Of a stretch of 64,000 nucleotides of DNA, positions 1 through 17,856 are shown piece after piece (the stretch's first letter is position 1; each line of letters begins with the position of its first letter). The notes under the pieces were generated by a model that was not told the DNA's origin, made no database searches, and was given only the letters and a program-made list of their open reading frames with translations. The stretch covers positions 1,504,001-1,568,000 of the forward strand of contig OY969474.1 of assembly GCA_963700145.1 (NCBI GenBank), read 5' to 3'. The position numbers were made by a program, and so were the translations under genes. This DNA comes from an uncultured Acidobacteriota bacterium (GTDB lineage: Bacteria; Acidobacteriota; Thermoanaerobaculia; Multivoradales; UBA5704).

Positions 1-912
1 GCGGTCGTCCCGGTCCTCGAAGAAGCGCTTCTGCGGGTCGGTCGAGAAGACGGGCGCCATCGCCAGCGGCACGTAGAGATCGGGGCGGGCGAAGATCAGC
101 ATCCCCCGGAACTCCTCCGGCGCGACGCCGATCACGGTGAACTCCGTACCGTTCAAGCGGATCGTCCGGCCGACGACGGCGGGGTCGCCCCCGAACTCGT
201 ACTTCCAGAAGTCCCACCCGAGCACCGCCACCGCGTCGCGGCCGGGCACCTCGTCCTCGTCCTTGCGGAAGCCGCGCCCCAACGGCGGCTCGACGCCGAG
301 CACGGAGAAGTAGTTGCCGGAGACCAGCATGCCGATCTTGACCCGCGGCGTGGCTCCCGGCTCGGCGGCGAAGCCGACGGCCTGGGCCGAAGTGTTGGCG
401 ATCACGCCTTCGTAGCTTCTCGTCTGGTCCCGGATGTCCAGGTACTCGCGGTACGAGAAGTGGTCGTAGCGGTTGTCGCGCGACGTGCTCGCCAGCCAGA
501 CGACGTCCTCCGGGTTCGGCACCGGATGCGGCCGGAAGATCAGCGCGTCGAGCATGCTGAAAGGCGTCGCGGTCATCCCGATCCCCACGGCGAGCGTGAC
601 CACCACGAAGGCGGCCAGCCCGGGGTTGCGCAGCAGGCTCCGGACGGCGTAGCGCGTATCGGCGAAGAAATCAGTCAACCAGTTGACGCGTCGCATGTCC
701 CGCATCTCCTCTTTCCGTTGTTCCAGCCCGCCCATCGCGCGCATGGCCCGGCGGCGCGCCTCGTCCGGGGGCAGCCCTTGGGCGATGCCTTCCTCGATCT
801 TGTGCTCGAGGTGGAACTGCAGCTCCTCGTCGAGCTCCTGCTCCACCCGGCGGCGGCGGAAGATGGACCGCAGCCGCAACGGCGCCGTGAACCACCAGTG
901 TTCGATCCGCAT
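1..912 (-). CDS. ADOP/MacB-like ABC transporter permease, N-terminal part (runs off the window edge)
   Basis: Not in the ORF track. Translated by hand from ATG at 912: MRIEHWWFTAPLRLRSIFRRRRVEQELDEELQFHLE...DTRYAVRSLLRNPGLAAFVVVTLAVGIG...VSGNYFSVLGVEPPLGRGF, the typical acidobacterial duplicated orphan permease N-terminus. Lies downstream of padR. Confidence 0.9.
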   Translation of the reverse strand, partial: MRIEHWWFTAPLRLRSIFRRRRVEQELDEELQFHLEHKIEEGIAQGLPPDEARRRAMRAMGGLEQRKEEMRDMRRVNWLTDFFADTRYAVRSLLRNPGLAAFVVVTLAVGIGMTATPFSMLDALIFRPHPVPNPEDVVWLASTSRDNRYDHFSYREYLDIRDQTRSYEGVIANTSAQAVGFAAEPGATPRVKIGMLVSGNYFSVLGVEPPLGRGFRKDEDEVPGRDAVAVLGWDFWKYEFGGDPAVVGRTIRLNGTEFTVIGVAPEEFRGMLIFARPDLYVPLAMAPVFSTDPQKRFFEDRDDR

Positions 913-923
913 GGCTTTTCTCG

Positions 924-1613
924 CTACTCGTTGATCGGCGTTCGTATTCCCTTGACCAGCAGCCAGATGCCCAGACCGACTTCGTAGATCCCTATCGGCG
1001 CCATGTAGGTCAGCCCCATGGCACCCAGACTCGGGAACACCATGATGGCCAGCGTGACGCCCGACAGCACCAACGACGCGAAGATCCCCCAAGCGGCCAG
1101 CGCCCGCGGGATGTAGCGCGACCTGAGCCAGAGGTAGCTGAAGAGGGCCGATCCCAGGCCGAGAAAGACGAAGGCGATCCTGAGCCCCTGCCCCTGCACG
1201 CCGATGAAGAGGCGCGCCAGCGCCTGCAACTGCTCCGGGTCGACCGCCCGCAAGTACTCGGCGCCGCCCAGGAGCCGCAAGGCCACGAAGCCGTTCAAGA
1301 CGGCGACCGCGCCGACGGCGTTCTCGGCCAGCCGCCAGAACGCCGCCAGCAAGGCCAGATGCCGGTTGACCGGCGCCAGCACGACGTAGAGCGCCACGAT
1401 CAGCGCGATGACGGTCACCGCCGTCATCAGGTCGCTTGCCAGACCGATGCGGAAGAGGCGGTCGGACGCCGCCAGGTTCGCGGCGGTCTGCGCGGCGTCG
1501 CGGGTCACGACCTGGCCTTTCGCCCAGAACCCGAAGACCCCGGTCGCCATCTGCAGCAGGTAGAGGAAGCCGGCCGCCTTGGCCGCGGTGCGTTGTGCCG
1601 GTTCGAGCGCCAT
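924..1613 (-). CDS. DUF4386-like multi-pass membrane protein
   Basis: C-terminal part of track ORF 924..2333. Likely start MALEPAQRTAAKAAGFLYLL at 1613, 2 nt after the padR stop. About 6 hydrophobic helices; RSRYIPRALAAWG and GIWLLVKG motifs. Confidence 0.75.
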   Translation of the reverse strand: MALEPAQRTAAKAAGFLYLLQMATGVFGFWAKGQVVTRDAAQTAANLAASDRLFRIGLASDLMTAVTVIALIVALYVVLAPVNRHLALLAAFWRLAENAVGAVAVLNGFVALRLLGGAEYLRAVDPEQLQALARLFIGVQGQGLRIAFVFLGLGSALFSYLWLRSRYIPRALAAWGIFASLVLSGVTLAIMVFPSLGAMGLTYMAPIGIYEVGLGIWLLVKGIRTPINE

Positions 1614-1615
1614 CC

Positions 1616-1951
1616 CTAAGCCTCTGAAAGCTGGAGGACGTGCGAGATGGCGGCCGACAGCCGCTGCCAGTTCGCCGCCTCCGATTCGAGCTGCTTCCTG
1701 CCCAGGCGGGTGAGCGCGTAGAACTTCGCGCGCCGGTTGTTCTCCGTCTGCTTCCACTCCGCCTTGATCCAGCCTTCCTGCTCCAGCTTGTGCAGGGCCG
1801 GGTAGAGCGAGCCTTCGCTGACCTGCAGCACGTCGCCGGAGATGGATCGCAGGCGCAGGCCGATGGCCCAGCCGTGCAGGGGCTCCAGCGCCAGCAGCTT
1901 CAGCAGGAGCAGGTCGAGGGTGCCGAGGACGAGGTCGTTGGGCTTGCTCAT
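1616..1951 (-). CDS. PadR family transcriptional regulator (acidobacterial type)
   Basis: GTLDLLLLKLL...HGWAI...GSLYPALHKLEQEGWI...NNRRAKFYALT winged-helix motifs. Confidence 0.95.
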   Translation of the reverse strand: MSKPNDLVLGTLDLLLLKLLALEPLHGWAIGLRLRSISGDVLQVSEGSLYPALHKLEQEGWIKAEWKQTENNRRAKFYALTRLGRKQLESEAANWQRLSAAISHVLQLSEA

Positions 1952-2002
1952 ATCGGTTTCCTAGGGGAGAATACACAGACTCCCCTCGGTAAGCAAGGGG
2001 AG
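1947..2002 (-). promoter_or_regulatory. Sigma70-type promoter of the padR operon overlapped by putative PadR operator sites
   Basis: Minus strand: TTGCTT (1996-1991), 17 nt spacer, TG-TATTCT (1973-1968). Perfect inverted repeat CTCCCCT-N9-AGGGGAG at 1980-2002 and a degenerate second copy at 1947-1969 overlapping the ATG. Confidence 0.7.
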
Positions 2003-2049
2003 GGCGTCGGAGACTGGGAGGACCTACGCAGGCTGGAGCGGTAAGGCCT

Positions 2050-3423
2050 TCAATCCGATCCGGCGGTGTACCAGGTCCCGCCGGGCCCGGTGAAGCTGTC
2101 GCCTTCGCCCCAGACGAGGTGATTGCGGCCGCCGGCGTCGACGGCGATCTCCAGGTAATCGCCGTAGGGGAAGCGGTAGCCGTTGGCGTGCTTGTAGGGG
2201 GCGCCGCTCGTCTGGTCGGAGAGACGCACGGCGGCGCTCCACGTCGCGCCGCCGTTGCGCGTCTCGCGGAACCAGGTGTTCCAGGAGTCCGTCCCGCCGC
2301 CGCGCGTGTCCTGCCAGACCAGGCGGAAGTCACCGGCCGCGCCTCCGGCGCCGAGCGCGGGGAAGCCGTTGTACACCGCCGGATCGGGGACCGACACCCG
2401 GAGCCGCGCGCTCCAGGTGGCGCCGCCGTCGGTGGAGGTGCGGACGTACATCGGCTGCGGCGCCCCCGCAGCGCCGCCGGCGTGGTAGGCGACGACCACG
2501 GTCCCGGCGAGGTCGGCGGCCACGCCGACGGAGGGCCCGAAGAACCCGAAGTAGCAGCCCACCGCCCAGGGGCAGTCAGGCATCTCGCTCGAGGTGTCCA
2601 GCCGGGTGTGCGTCCAGGTCGCGCCGCCGTCGCTCGACTTCAGCACCCCGACGTGGGAGTCGCCCGAGTAGTCCTGGCTGTAGTCGGCGGTGGCGAAGAA
2701 GACGTCGCCGTCCGGCGCCACGGCGCCGGCGCTGTGGAACCAGTAGCGGGTGTCGTTGCTGGTCTTGACCGCCGGCGCGAAGCTGGCCCCGTAATCATGC
2801 GAGGCGGCGACCCAACTGTCGCTGGCGTTGAAGGCCACGTAGACGTCGCGGCCGTCGGGCGAGATGGCGAGGACCGGCCGGTCGGACCAGCTCGGCTTCT
2901 TCCCTTTGCCGGTGAACGCGATGGGCTCCGACCAGGTGGCCCCGCGGTCGGCCGACTTGATGAACTTCACGCCCGGCCGGTAGTCGTCGAGCCAGGCGGC
3001 GTAGATGGTGCCGTCGGTCGCCACCTCGATCTGCGGGTCGTTCTGCGGCTTCCTGGTGAGGGGGAAGAAGCGGTCGGGTCCCCAGGTGCCGCCGCCGTCG
3101 GCCGAGGCGCGGAAGACGATCACCGGGAAGGGGCAGTTCGGGCAGGCCTTGGGGCCGCTGTAGCGCGTCGTGAGCTGATAGACGAAGCTCGAGGAAGGGT
3201 CCGCCGCGACGGCCGGCTCCCAGTCGTCGTGGCCGCTCCACACGCGCTCGGCGTCGAACCCGGAAGCGGCGGCCGACGCGAAGGGCGCGCGCTCGACGAC
3301 AGTCGTCGCGAGGTAGGAGCGGCCGCTGGGGAGCTTCCTCCCCTCGCCCCTCTCCCCGACCTGGCTACAGGTGATCGCGACCGCGCCCAGCAGCAACGAG
3401 GAGAGAAGAGGTTGGCGGTTCAT
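2050..3423 (-). CDS. Secreted BNR/Asp-box repeat (sialidase-like beta-propeller) protein
   Basis: Signal-like N-terminus MNRQPLLSSLLLGAVAITC. Six Asp-box-like repeats (SADGGGTW, SADRGATW, SHDYGASF, SSDGGATW, STDGGATW, TRNGGATW) and a C-terminal YGDY motif. Confidence 0.8.
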   Translation of the reverse strand: MNRQPLLSSLLLGAVAITCSQVGERGEGRKLPSGRSYLATTVVERAPFASAAASGFDAERVWSGHDDWEPAVAADPSSSFVYQLTTRYSGPKACPNCPFPVIVFRASADGGGTWGPDRFFPLTRKPQNDPQIEVATDGTIYAAWLDDYRPGVKFIKSADRGATWSEPIAFTGKGKKPSWSDRPVLAISPDGRDVYVAFNASDSWVAASHDYGASFAPAVKTSNDTRYWFHSAGAVAPDGDVFFATADYSQDYSGDSHVGVLKSSDGGATWTHTRLDTSSEMPDCPWAVGCYFGFFGPSVGVAADLAGTVVVAYHAGGAAGAPQPMYVRTSTDGGATWSARLRVSVPDPAVYNGFPALGAGGAAGDFRLVWQDTRGGGTDSWNTWFRETRNGGATWSAAVRLSDQTSGAPYKHANGYRFPYGDYLEIAVDAGGRNHLVWGEGDSFTGPGGTWYTAGSD

Positions 3424-3471
3424 GAGCCCTCCCTTTCCAGCGCGAATGGAACGAGCTACCCGCAACAGACT

Positions 3472-3849
3472 CTACTCCCGCTTGGCTTGAGCGGCCTCGG
3501 CGTCGAGTCGGGCGAGGAGGGCACGGATGCGCGACTCGGCAGCCGGGGCGTCCGCCGTAGCGCTATGCCACACCGTCTCGAGATCGACCTCGAAGTAGCC
3601 GTGCGCGAGACGATCACGCATGCCAGCGATCGCTGCCCACGGGACCTCCGGCGCCAACGCACGCACCTCGGAGGGAACGTGCTTCGCCGCTTCACCCACG
3701 ATCAACAGAGCTTGGACCACCGCATATCGGCTCATGCGATCTGACGCCAAGTCGTCAGGCGACGAAAGCCGTGCGCAGAACTCCTGAGCCAAGCGCAGGT
3801 TCTCCACCATGTCCGCCAAACGCACCCGGACGTCGCGGGGCTCGGTCAT
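3472..3849 (-). CDS. HEPN/DUF86 (HepT-like) RNase toxin
   Basis: 125 aa; IVGEAAK, PEVPW and RDRLAHGY (Rx4HxY) motifs; 4-nt overlap with the upstream MNT gene. Confidence 0.9.
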   Translation of the reverse strand: MTEPRDVRVRLADMVENLRLAQEFCARLSSPDDLASDRMSRYAVVQALLIVGEAAKHVPSEVRALAPEVPWAAIAGMRDRLAHGYFEVDLETVWHSATADAPAAESRIRALLARLDAEAAQAKRE

Positions 3850-4154
3850 ACCGGCACCGCAGCGCCCAGAATGCGTTCCTTGAGCCGCGGCTTGATCGAC
3901 GTCGGAGTCAGTACGTCAACCTTGACACCGAAGCGGTCACTCAGCTCCTGCTCCATCCCTACGAGCTCGAACAGGCCAACCGGCCTCTCGAACGTCACCA
4001 ATAGATCGAGGTCGCTCTCGGCGGTAAAGTCGTCGCGGACGCGGGAGCCGAAGACCGCCATTGTCCCGATGCCGTAGCGCTCCCGCAGCTCGGGCAGCAG
4101 CTCGCCTAGCTGCGCGAGAAGGCCCTTGAGGTCGGTGGCGAGAGCGGATGTCAT
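3846..4154 (-). CDS. Minimal nucleotidyltransferase (MntA-like) antitoxin
   Basis: 102 aa; FGSRVRDDFTAESDLDL (GS-x10-DxD) and KVDVLT motifs. Confidence 0.9.
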   Translation of the reverse strand: MTSALATDLKGLLAQLGELLPELRERYGIGTMAVFGSRVRDDFTAESDLDLLVTFERPVGLFELVGMEQELSDRFGVKVDVLTPTSIKPRLKERILGAAVPV

Positions 4155-4172
4155 GAGCGATCGCGGTCCCGG

Positions 4173-5657
4173 TCAATCCCGCTCCACCACCATCGCGAAT
4201 CCCACCCCGCCGGCCGCGCAGACCGTGGCGAGGCCGAGGTTGCCGCCGCGGCGGCGGAGCTCGTAGAGGAGCTGGGTGACGACGCGGGCGCCGGTGGCGC
4301 CGAAGGGGTGGCCGATGGCGATCGAGCCGCCGGTGACGTTGAGGCGCTCGAAGTCCACCTCGCCGAGCGGCGCGCTGCGGCCCAGCTCGCGCTCGGCGAA
4401 CTTGCGCGAGGCGAAGGCCTTGAGGTTCGAGAGGATCTGCGCCGCGAAGGCCTCGTGCATCTCGACGAGGTCCATGTCGGCGAGGGTGGCGCCGGCGCCG
4501 TCGAGCGCCTCCGGCGCCGCGTAGGCCGGCCCCTGGAGGAGCTGCTCGCCCGGGTTGAGCGCCGTGAAGGCCCAGGAGCGGACGTAGCCGAGCGGCTGGT
4601 AGCCGAGCGCCGCGGCCTTCTGCTCGCTCATCAAGAGGACCGCCGAGCCGCCGTCGGTGAGCGGGCTGGAGTTGCCGGCGGTGAGCGTGCCGTAGCGCTT
4701 GTCGAAGACCGGCGGCAGCTTGGCCAGGGCCTCGAGCGAGCTGTCGGCGCGGATGCCGTTGTCGCGCGCCACCGCCTTGTCGTAGCGCGGCGGCGGGAAG
4801 GTGGGGGCGATCTGCGCCGCCAGCCGCCCGTCGGCGGTCGCCGCGGCGGCGCGCTGGTGCGACAGCAGCGCGATCTCGTCCTGCGCGCGGCGCGAGATGT
4901 CGTTCTCCTTCGCCATCTTCTCGGTCGACTCCCCCATCGTCAGCCCGGTCGAGTACTCCGAGATCGACGGCGGCACCGGCGCCAGGTCGGCGGGGCGGAG
5001 CTTGCCCAGCACCGCCAGCTTCTGCGGCAGCGACTTCGCCTTCGACAGCTCCATGAAGGTGCGCGCCGCCTTGCGCGAGAACTGGATGGGGACGTTGGAG
5101 AGCGACTCGGCGCCGCCGGCCAGCACCACGTCGCACTCGCCGGCGAGGATCGCCTGCGCGCCGAAGGCGATGGCACGGCTGGAGGAGGCGCAGGCGAGGT
5201 TGACGGTCACCCCAGGCACCCGCAGCGGCATCGAGGTGCGGATGACGACCTCGCGCCCGAGGTTGGGGGCGTGGAGGGCGGGCACGACGACGCCGAAGAC
5301 CGACAATTCGACGTTCTCGGGGTCGAGCGCGGCGCGGGTCAGCAGCTCCGAGGCCGCGGCGCTCGCCAGGTCGATGACGTCCATGCCCTGGAAGTCGGTG
5401 CCGGCCTTGGTGAACGGCGTGCGGCAGCCGTCGACGATCGCCACCCGCCCGCGCGGGCCGCGCAGCTCGCGCCGGGAGACTCGCTGGGTGGGGGCGTAGG
5501 CGGGGCGGCGGGCGGGTGCGCTGCCGTTGCCCTCGGCGTGCGTCCAGACGGTGTCCGCCCGCTCCCGCACCTCCTCGACGGCGCTCGCTTCGTTCGGCGG
5601 GCGGAGCGGCGGCGGAAAGTCGTTCTGCGGCTGCGGCTCCGGCGCGTCCTCGGCCAT
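4173..5657 (-). CDS. fadI: Acetyl-CoA C-acyltransferase (FadI-like thiolase)
   Basis: GCRTPF, NLACASS catalytic Cys, [21 protein letters not shown] and CAAGG thiolase motifs. Confidence 0.85.
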   Translation of the reverse strand: MAEDAPEPQPQNDFPPPLRPPNEASAVEEVRERADTVWTHAEGNGSAPARRPAYAPTQRVSRRELRGPRGRVAIVDGCRTPFTKAGTDFQGMDVIDLASAAASELLTRAALDPENVELSVFGVVVPALHAPNLGREVVIRTSMPLRVPGVTVNLACASSSRAIAFGAQAILAGECDVVLAGGAESLSNVPIQFSRKAARTFMELSKAKSLPQKLAVLGKLRPADLAPVPPSISEYSTGLTMGESTEKMAKENDISRRAQDEIALLSHQRAAAATADGRLAAQIAPTFPPPRYDKAVARDNGIRADSSLEALAKLPPVFDKRYGTLTAGNSSPLTDGGSAVLLMSEQKAAALGYQPLGYVRSWAFTALNPGEQLLQGPAYAAPEALDGAGATLADMDLVEMHEAFAAQILSNLKAFASRKFAERELGRSAPLGEVDFERLNVTGGSIAIGHPFGATGARVVTQLLYELRRRGGNLGLATVCAAGGVGFAMVVERD

Positions 5658-5684
5658 GGCGCTCCTCCGATCGGCCCAGTTATA

Positions 5685-6278
5685 TCAGCCGCCGTCGCCG
5701 GCGGCCGGCAGCGGCACGACGGCCACGCCGCGGGCCCGCCAGAACGCGAGGTCGCCCGAGGCGAGCGGCGCCGGGCCGGTGACGACCAGGGAGTGGAGCC
5801 GCCGCAGGGCAGCCCGCGGCGCGCCGGCGGCGGCGCGGCGCAAGGCGGCAAGGCGCGGGGGGTCGCCGTGGAAGACGGTCGGCCGGGCCCAGAGTGCGGA
5901 AGGGACCAGAGCCGCGGGCTCCGGCTCGAGGACGAGCGCCGCGCCGGCGAGGAGGGACCAGGTGAAGAGGACCCGGTCCGCGGGCTCCGGCAGGTCGGCG
6001 GGGAGGACTAGGACTTCGCGGCGCGAGCGGCCGAGGTCGCGGCCGGGCGGCAGGGCGGCCTCCAGCGCCCGGGCGGCGGCGGCGAGGGTACCGGCATTCG
6101 GCGCTCCCAGGACCTCCTCGACCGCCGGCGGTAGGCCCCCCCCGGCGGCCGCCCGCCCCCACCCGATCCAGTCCCAATCCCCGCCGCGCGGCACGAAGAG
6201 CCAGGGCTCCTCCGGCGCCGCCGCGGCGCGGGCGGCGAGGGCCGCGCGGAGCGGGTCGGGGGCGTCGGGCCCCGGCAT
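5685..6278 (-). CDS. Hypothetical protein resembling a shortened acyl-CoA synthetase large subdomain
   Basis: 197 aa. ARAAAAPEEPWL, ARPTVFHGDP and LVVTGPAPL...FWRARGV resemble AMP-binding enzyme segments, but there is no TSGxTG P-loop. Confidence 0.5.
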   Translation of the reverse strand: MPGPDAPDPLRAALAARAAAAPEEPWLFVPRGGDWDWIGWGRAAAGGGLPPAVEEVLGAPNAGTLAAAARALEAALPPGRDLGRSRREVLVLPADLPEPADRVLFTWSLLAGAALVLEPEPAALVPSALWARPTVFHGDPPRLAALRRAAAGAPRAALRRLHSLVVTGPAPLASGDLAFWRARGVAVVPLPAAGDGG

Positions 6279-6300
6279 GGGCTCTAGGGTCGGGGGAGCG

Positions 6301-6582
6301 CTAGGCCGCCGCGGCGGCGCGCATGACCTGGGTGATCTTCTGCTCGATGACCGGGCGCATGAGCGAGGCGGGGGGGCCGAGCTGGGCCTCGCCGACCAGG
6401 CGGGCCTCCTCGAGGCGGATGGTGCCCGTCGCGCCCGGGCCGTTGAGGTGCATCACCTCGCCGTCCCAGCGCCATTTCAGCATCCCCCCCGGGAAGGCCG
6501 CCTTGAGGCCGGCGTCGAGGAGCGGCCGCAGCTCCTCCATCGAGCGCTTCAGGGTCTCGACGACGATCGTCACACTGCTCAT
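6301..6582 (-). CDS. Small hypothetical protein (possibly polyhydroxyalkanoate-system protein-like)
   Basis: 93 aa with normal, non-shadow composition (KWRWDGEVMHLNGPGATGTIRL...IEQKI); co-oriented with the thiolase operon. Confidence 0.55.
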   Translation of the reverse strand: MSSVTIVVETLKRSMEELRPLLDAGLKAAFPGGMLKWRWDGEVMHLNGPGATGTIRLEEARLVGEAQLGPPASLMRPVIEQKITQVMRAAAAA

Positions 6583-6607
6583 GGGAGGCGGATGCTACCA
6601 TTCGCCA

Positions 6608-8347
6608 ATGAGCCGCCGTCTCCTCGCCGCCGCCCTCCTCCTCATCCTCCCCGCGAGCGCGGCGCCCCTCGCCGCCCAGGCCGTCTCCGACCCCGACCTC
6701 TACGGCAAGAGCCTCAAGGTGGCGCAGCAGGCGCTCCTCCACTACGGCGCCTACGACAACGAGACCGAGATCGAGCGGGTGAACCGCATCGGCTACGAGC
6801 TGGCCCGGCACGCGACCTCGCAGAAGTTCCCCTTCACCTTCGGCCTGGTGGACGTCGGCGTGCCCAACGCCTTCGCCCTGCCCGGCGGCCAGATCTTCGT
6901 CACCCGCGGCATGCTCGACCTGGGGCTCAGCGACGACATGCTGGCGAGCCTCCTCGGCCACGAGATCGCCCACGTCACCCTCGCCCACTACAAGCGGATG
7001 CAGCGCAAGGCGCAGCTGATGAACGTGCTGTCGACGCTGCTCGTCGCCGGCGTCGTCATCGGCTCCGACGGCGGCCGCGACGACCGCGGCCCGGCCCCGT
7101 ACGACCCACGCCAGCCGGAGCGGGACTCGCGCGGCAACCTGGTGCAGGGGGCCGCCGCCGCCAGCCTGGTCATCTCCGAGCTCCTGCTGCGCAGCTACAG
7201 CCGCGAGCACGAGACCGAGGCCGACGAGGAGGGGCAGCGCCTGGCCGCCGCCGCCGGCTACGACCCGATCGGCGCGCGCCAGCTCTGGGAGCTGATGCTC
7301 ACCCATTTCCCGCACGCCAAGGAGTACGGCTACTGGCAGACCCACCCCTTCCCCGACGAGCGGATGCGCGCCGCCGAGACGCGGCGCGGCCTGCTCAGCG
7401 TGGCGGCGCGGCAGCCGGCGGACGACTACCGCCTGCGCACCCAGGCCGCCCTGCTGACCTACCTCGACCGGCACGAGCCGACGCCGGAGGAGACCGATTT
7501 TCTCGAAGCGGCGGCGCTCCTCGCCTGGCCGCAGGGGAAGGCGGCCGACGAGCTGCGGCGCGAGGAGCTGGCGGCGCTGCGCGACGCCGAGCTGGCGAAG
7601 CCGCTGCTGTCGCGCGATTACGGCAGCCTCCTCGCCGCCTACCGCAAGGGGATCGAGGCGGTGCGCCGGGTGACGCCGGCGGGGGCGCCGGAGAGCCCGC
7701 TCGTCGCCGAGCTGCAGCGCGAAGTGGCAGGCTTCGAGGCGAGCCTCGGGGACCTCTACCCCAGGGCCAAGGAGGTGCTGGCCGGCGGGGTCTACGAGAC
7801 CTCGTTCCTGACCGGCTTCCTCTCGAACTTCGCCGACAAGCCCGAGGTGCCGCAGGTGGCGCTGGCCCTGGGCGACGCCTACGCCCGCCTGGGCAACGCC
7901 ACCGCCGCCGTCGAGCAGTACCTGCGCGCCTGGGAGGCGGACCCGCAGGGGACGGCGGGGAAGCGCGCCGCGACGGGCCTGCGCAACCTGGCGCCGGCGC
8001 TCGAGCAGCTCGCCGCCCTGCAGCAGCTCGTCGATCAGAAGCGCGACCCCGAGCTGCAGCGCCTGGCCGCCGAGCGCCTGGCCAAGATGGCGGCGAGCTA
8101 CCGCGAGCTTTCCAACGGCGCCGAGTACCTGCGCCGCTTCCCCGAGGCGGCGCAGGCGCAGGCGGTGCTCGGCCGGCTCGACTCCCTGGCCGACAACCTC
8201 TACGGCGAGGTCGTGCTCTACCAGGGGGTGGGCGACAACGTGAAGGCGCTCGAGCGGATGAACGCCATCCTCACCCACGCTCCCCTCTCCCCCGCCGCCG
8301 AGCGCCTGCGCGACCGCGCCGTCCTCGACCTCGAGCGGCGATCCTAG
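6608..8347 (+). CDS. M48 family zinc metalloprotease with C-terminal TPR-like region
   Basis: Signal peptide MSRRLLAAALLLILPASA; PNAFALPGG, HEIAH (HExxH), YSREHETEAD and THP motifs. Confidence 0.9.
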   Translation: MSRRLLAAALLLILPASAAPLAAQAVSDPDLYGKSLKVAQQALLHYGAYDNETEIERVNRIGYELARHATSQKFPFTFGLVDVGVPNAFALPGGQIFVTRGMLDLGLSDDMLASLLGHEIAHVTLAHYKRMQRKAQLMNVLSTLLVAGVVIGSDGGRDDRGPAPYDPRQPERDSRGNLVQGAAAASLVISELLLRSYSREHETEADEEGQRLAAAAGYDPIGARQLWELMLTHFPHAKEYGYWQTHPFPDERMRAAETRRGLLSVAARQPADDYRLRTQAALLTYLDRHEPTPEETDFLEAAALLAWPQGKAADELRREELAALRDAELAKPLLSRDYGSLLAAYRKGIEAVRRVTPAGAPESPLVAELQREVAGFEASLGDLYPRAKEVLAGGVYETSFLTGFLSNFADKPEVPQVALALGDAYARLGNATAAVEQYLRAWEADPQGTAGKRAATGLRNLAPALEQLAALQQLVDQKRDPELQRLAAERLAKMAASYRELSNGAEYLRRFPEAAQAQAVLGRLDSLADNLYGEVVLYQGVGDNVKALERMNAILTHAPLSPAAERLRDRAVLDLERRS

Positions 8348-8350
8348 GCG

Positions 8351-9397
8351 CTAGGGCACGATGTACCCCTCGAAGATCGCGTCCCACGTCAGGTTGGGGT
8401 TGCCCGACGGGTTCGCCGAGTTGAAAGCAAAGGCATAGACCTGCAGGTCGTTGTTGAAGTTCGGCACGTTCTCGATCGAGACCCAGCCCGACAGCGTGCC
8501 GATGACCTCGATCACGTTGACGACGTGGTCGAGGCGCGTGACCGAGTCGACGAGCGGGTTCCCGGCCTCGTCGTAGCGCTTGTACGGGTAGGTGACGGCG
8601 CAGGGCTCGGGCGACGCCTCGCACAGCTCCGACGGTCCGCCGCCGGTCGAGAAAGTGTTCCAGGTGAAGATCACCAGCTTGCTCCGGCCGCTCAACGGCG
8701 CCGAGCCGAAGTGGCGCAGGTGGATGCGCTCGAGGACGGCGTTGGCGTCGCCGGTGCACTCGACGCCGGTGGTGAGCTGCTGGGCGCAGAGCCGCGCGTC
8801 GGCGTCGAGCTCCTCCCGCGAGCCGCCGCCGGCGTAGAAGTCGCGCAGCAGCGAGTTGGTGGAGGCGGGGACGAACTCGAGCGGCACCATCGCCAGGCCG
8901 TTGGCCGAGCCCTGCGACAGGCGCGTGTAATAGATGTACCCTTCGAGCGCGGCGGTGTTGGCGAAGGGGAAGGCGCCTTGGAGCGGATGGAGCGCGGTCG
9001 GCGCCGTCACCAGGTCGATGGTGAGGAAGCCGCGGTAGAACTCGCCGTCGGTGAGCTGGGCCTTGATCGGCGCCGACGCCGGCGTGATGAGGTCGCGCAG
9101 CGCCACCGACCAGGTGTCCCGCGCGGTGAGGACGACGTTGCCCTGCAGGCCGGTGGCGTTGCCGTCGATGTCCCAGAACTGGTAGTGGATGGTCTGGCCG
9201 GCGTCGAGCACGTTGGTCACCACCAGCAGCGTGTCGTGCGGATGGGTCGTCGAGTTGATGCCGGTCTCGAAGAAGGGCACCAGCAGCGACGGGGCCGGCA
9301 CGCGGTCGGTGGCGCCGGCGATGGCGCCCGCCGGCGCGGCGGCGACGGCGGCGGCCAGAAGGCAGAGCAAAACGAGCGGCAGGGGTTTTCTTCGCAT
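8351..9397 (-). CDS. Secreted hypothetical protein
   Basis: Signal peptide MRRKPLPLVLLCLLAAAVAAAPA; beta-rich body starting TDRVPAPSLLVPFFE; GGAG upstream; divergent from NRPS1. Confidence 0.75.
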   Translation of the reverse strand: MRRKPLPLVLLCLLAAAVAAAPAGAIAGATDRVPAPSLLVPFFETGINSTTHPHDTLLVVTNVLDAGQTIHYQFWDIDGNATGLQGNVVLTARDTWSVALRDLITPASAPIKAQLTDGEFYRGFLTIDLVTAPTALHPLQGAFPFANTAALEGYIYYTRLSQGSANGLAMVPLEFVPASTNSLLRDFYAGGGSREELDADARLCAQQLTTGVECTGDANAVLERIHLRHFGSAPLSGRSKLVIFTWNTFSTGGGPSELCEASPEPCAVTYPYKRYDEAGNPLVDSVTRLDHVVNVIEVIGTLSGWVSIENVPNFNNDLQVYAFAFNSANPSGNPNLTWDAIFEGYIVP

Positions 9398-9519
9398 TTG
9401 TTGGTCTCCTCCCAATGGGTGTCCCCCGACGCGTGCAGGGAGCGTGCCCCCGTCCCGGGGACGACGGGCGGCGACACCTGGGGAATGCTGGACGGTCCCG
9501 TCCTGAAAGGTAGAGAACT

Positions 9520-17852
<8,333 letters not shown>

Positions 17853-17856
<4 letters not shown>

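Noticed and set aside
1614-2333. N-terminal extension of ORF 924..2333
   Set aside because: It overlaps padR and the BNR-repeat gene. The membrane protein starts at 1613.
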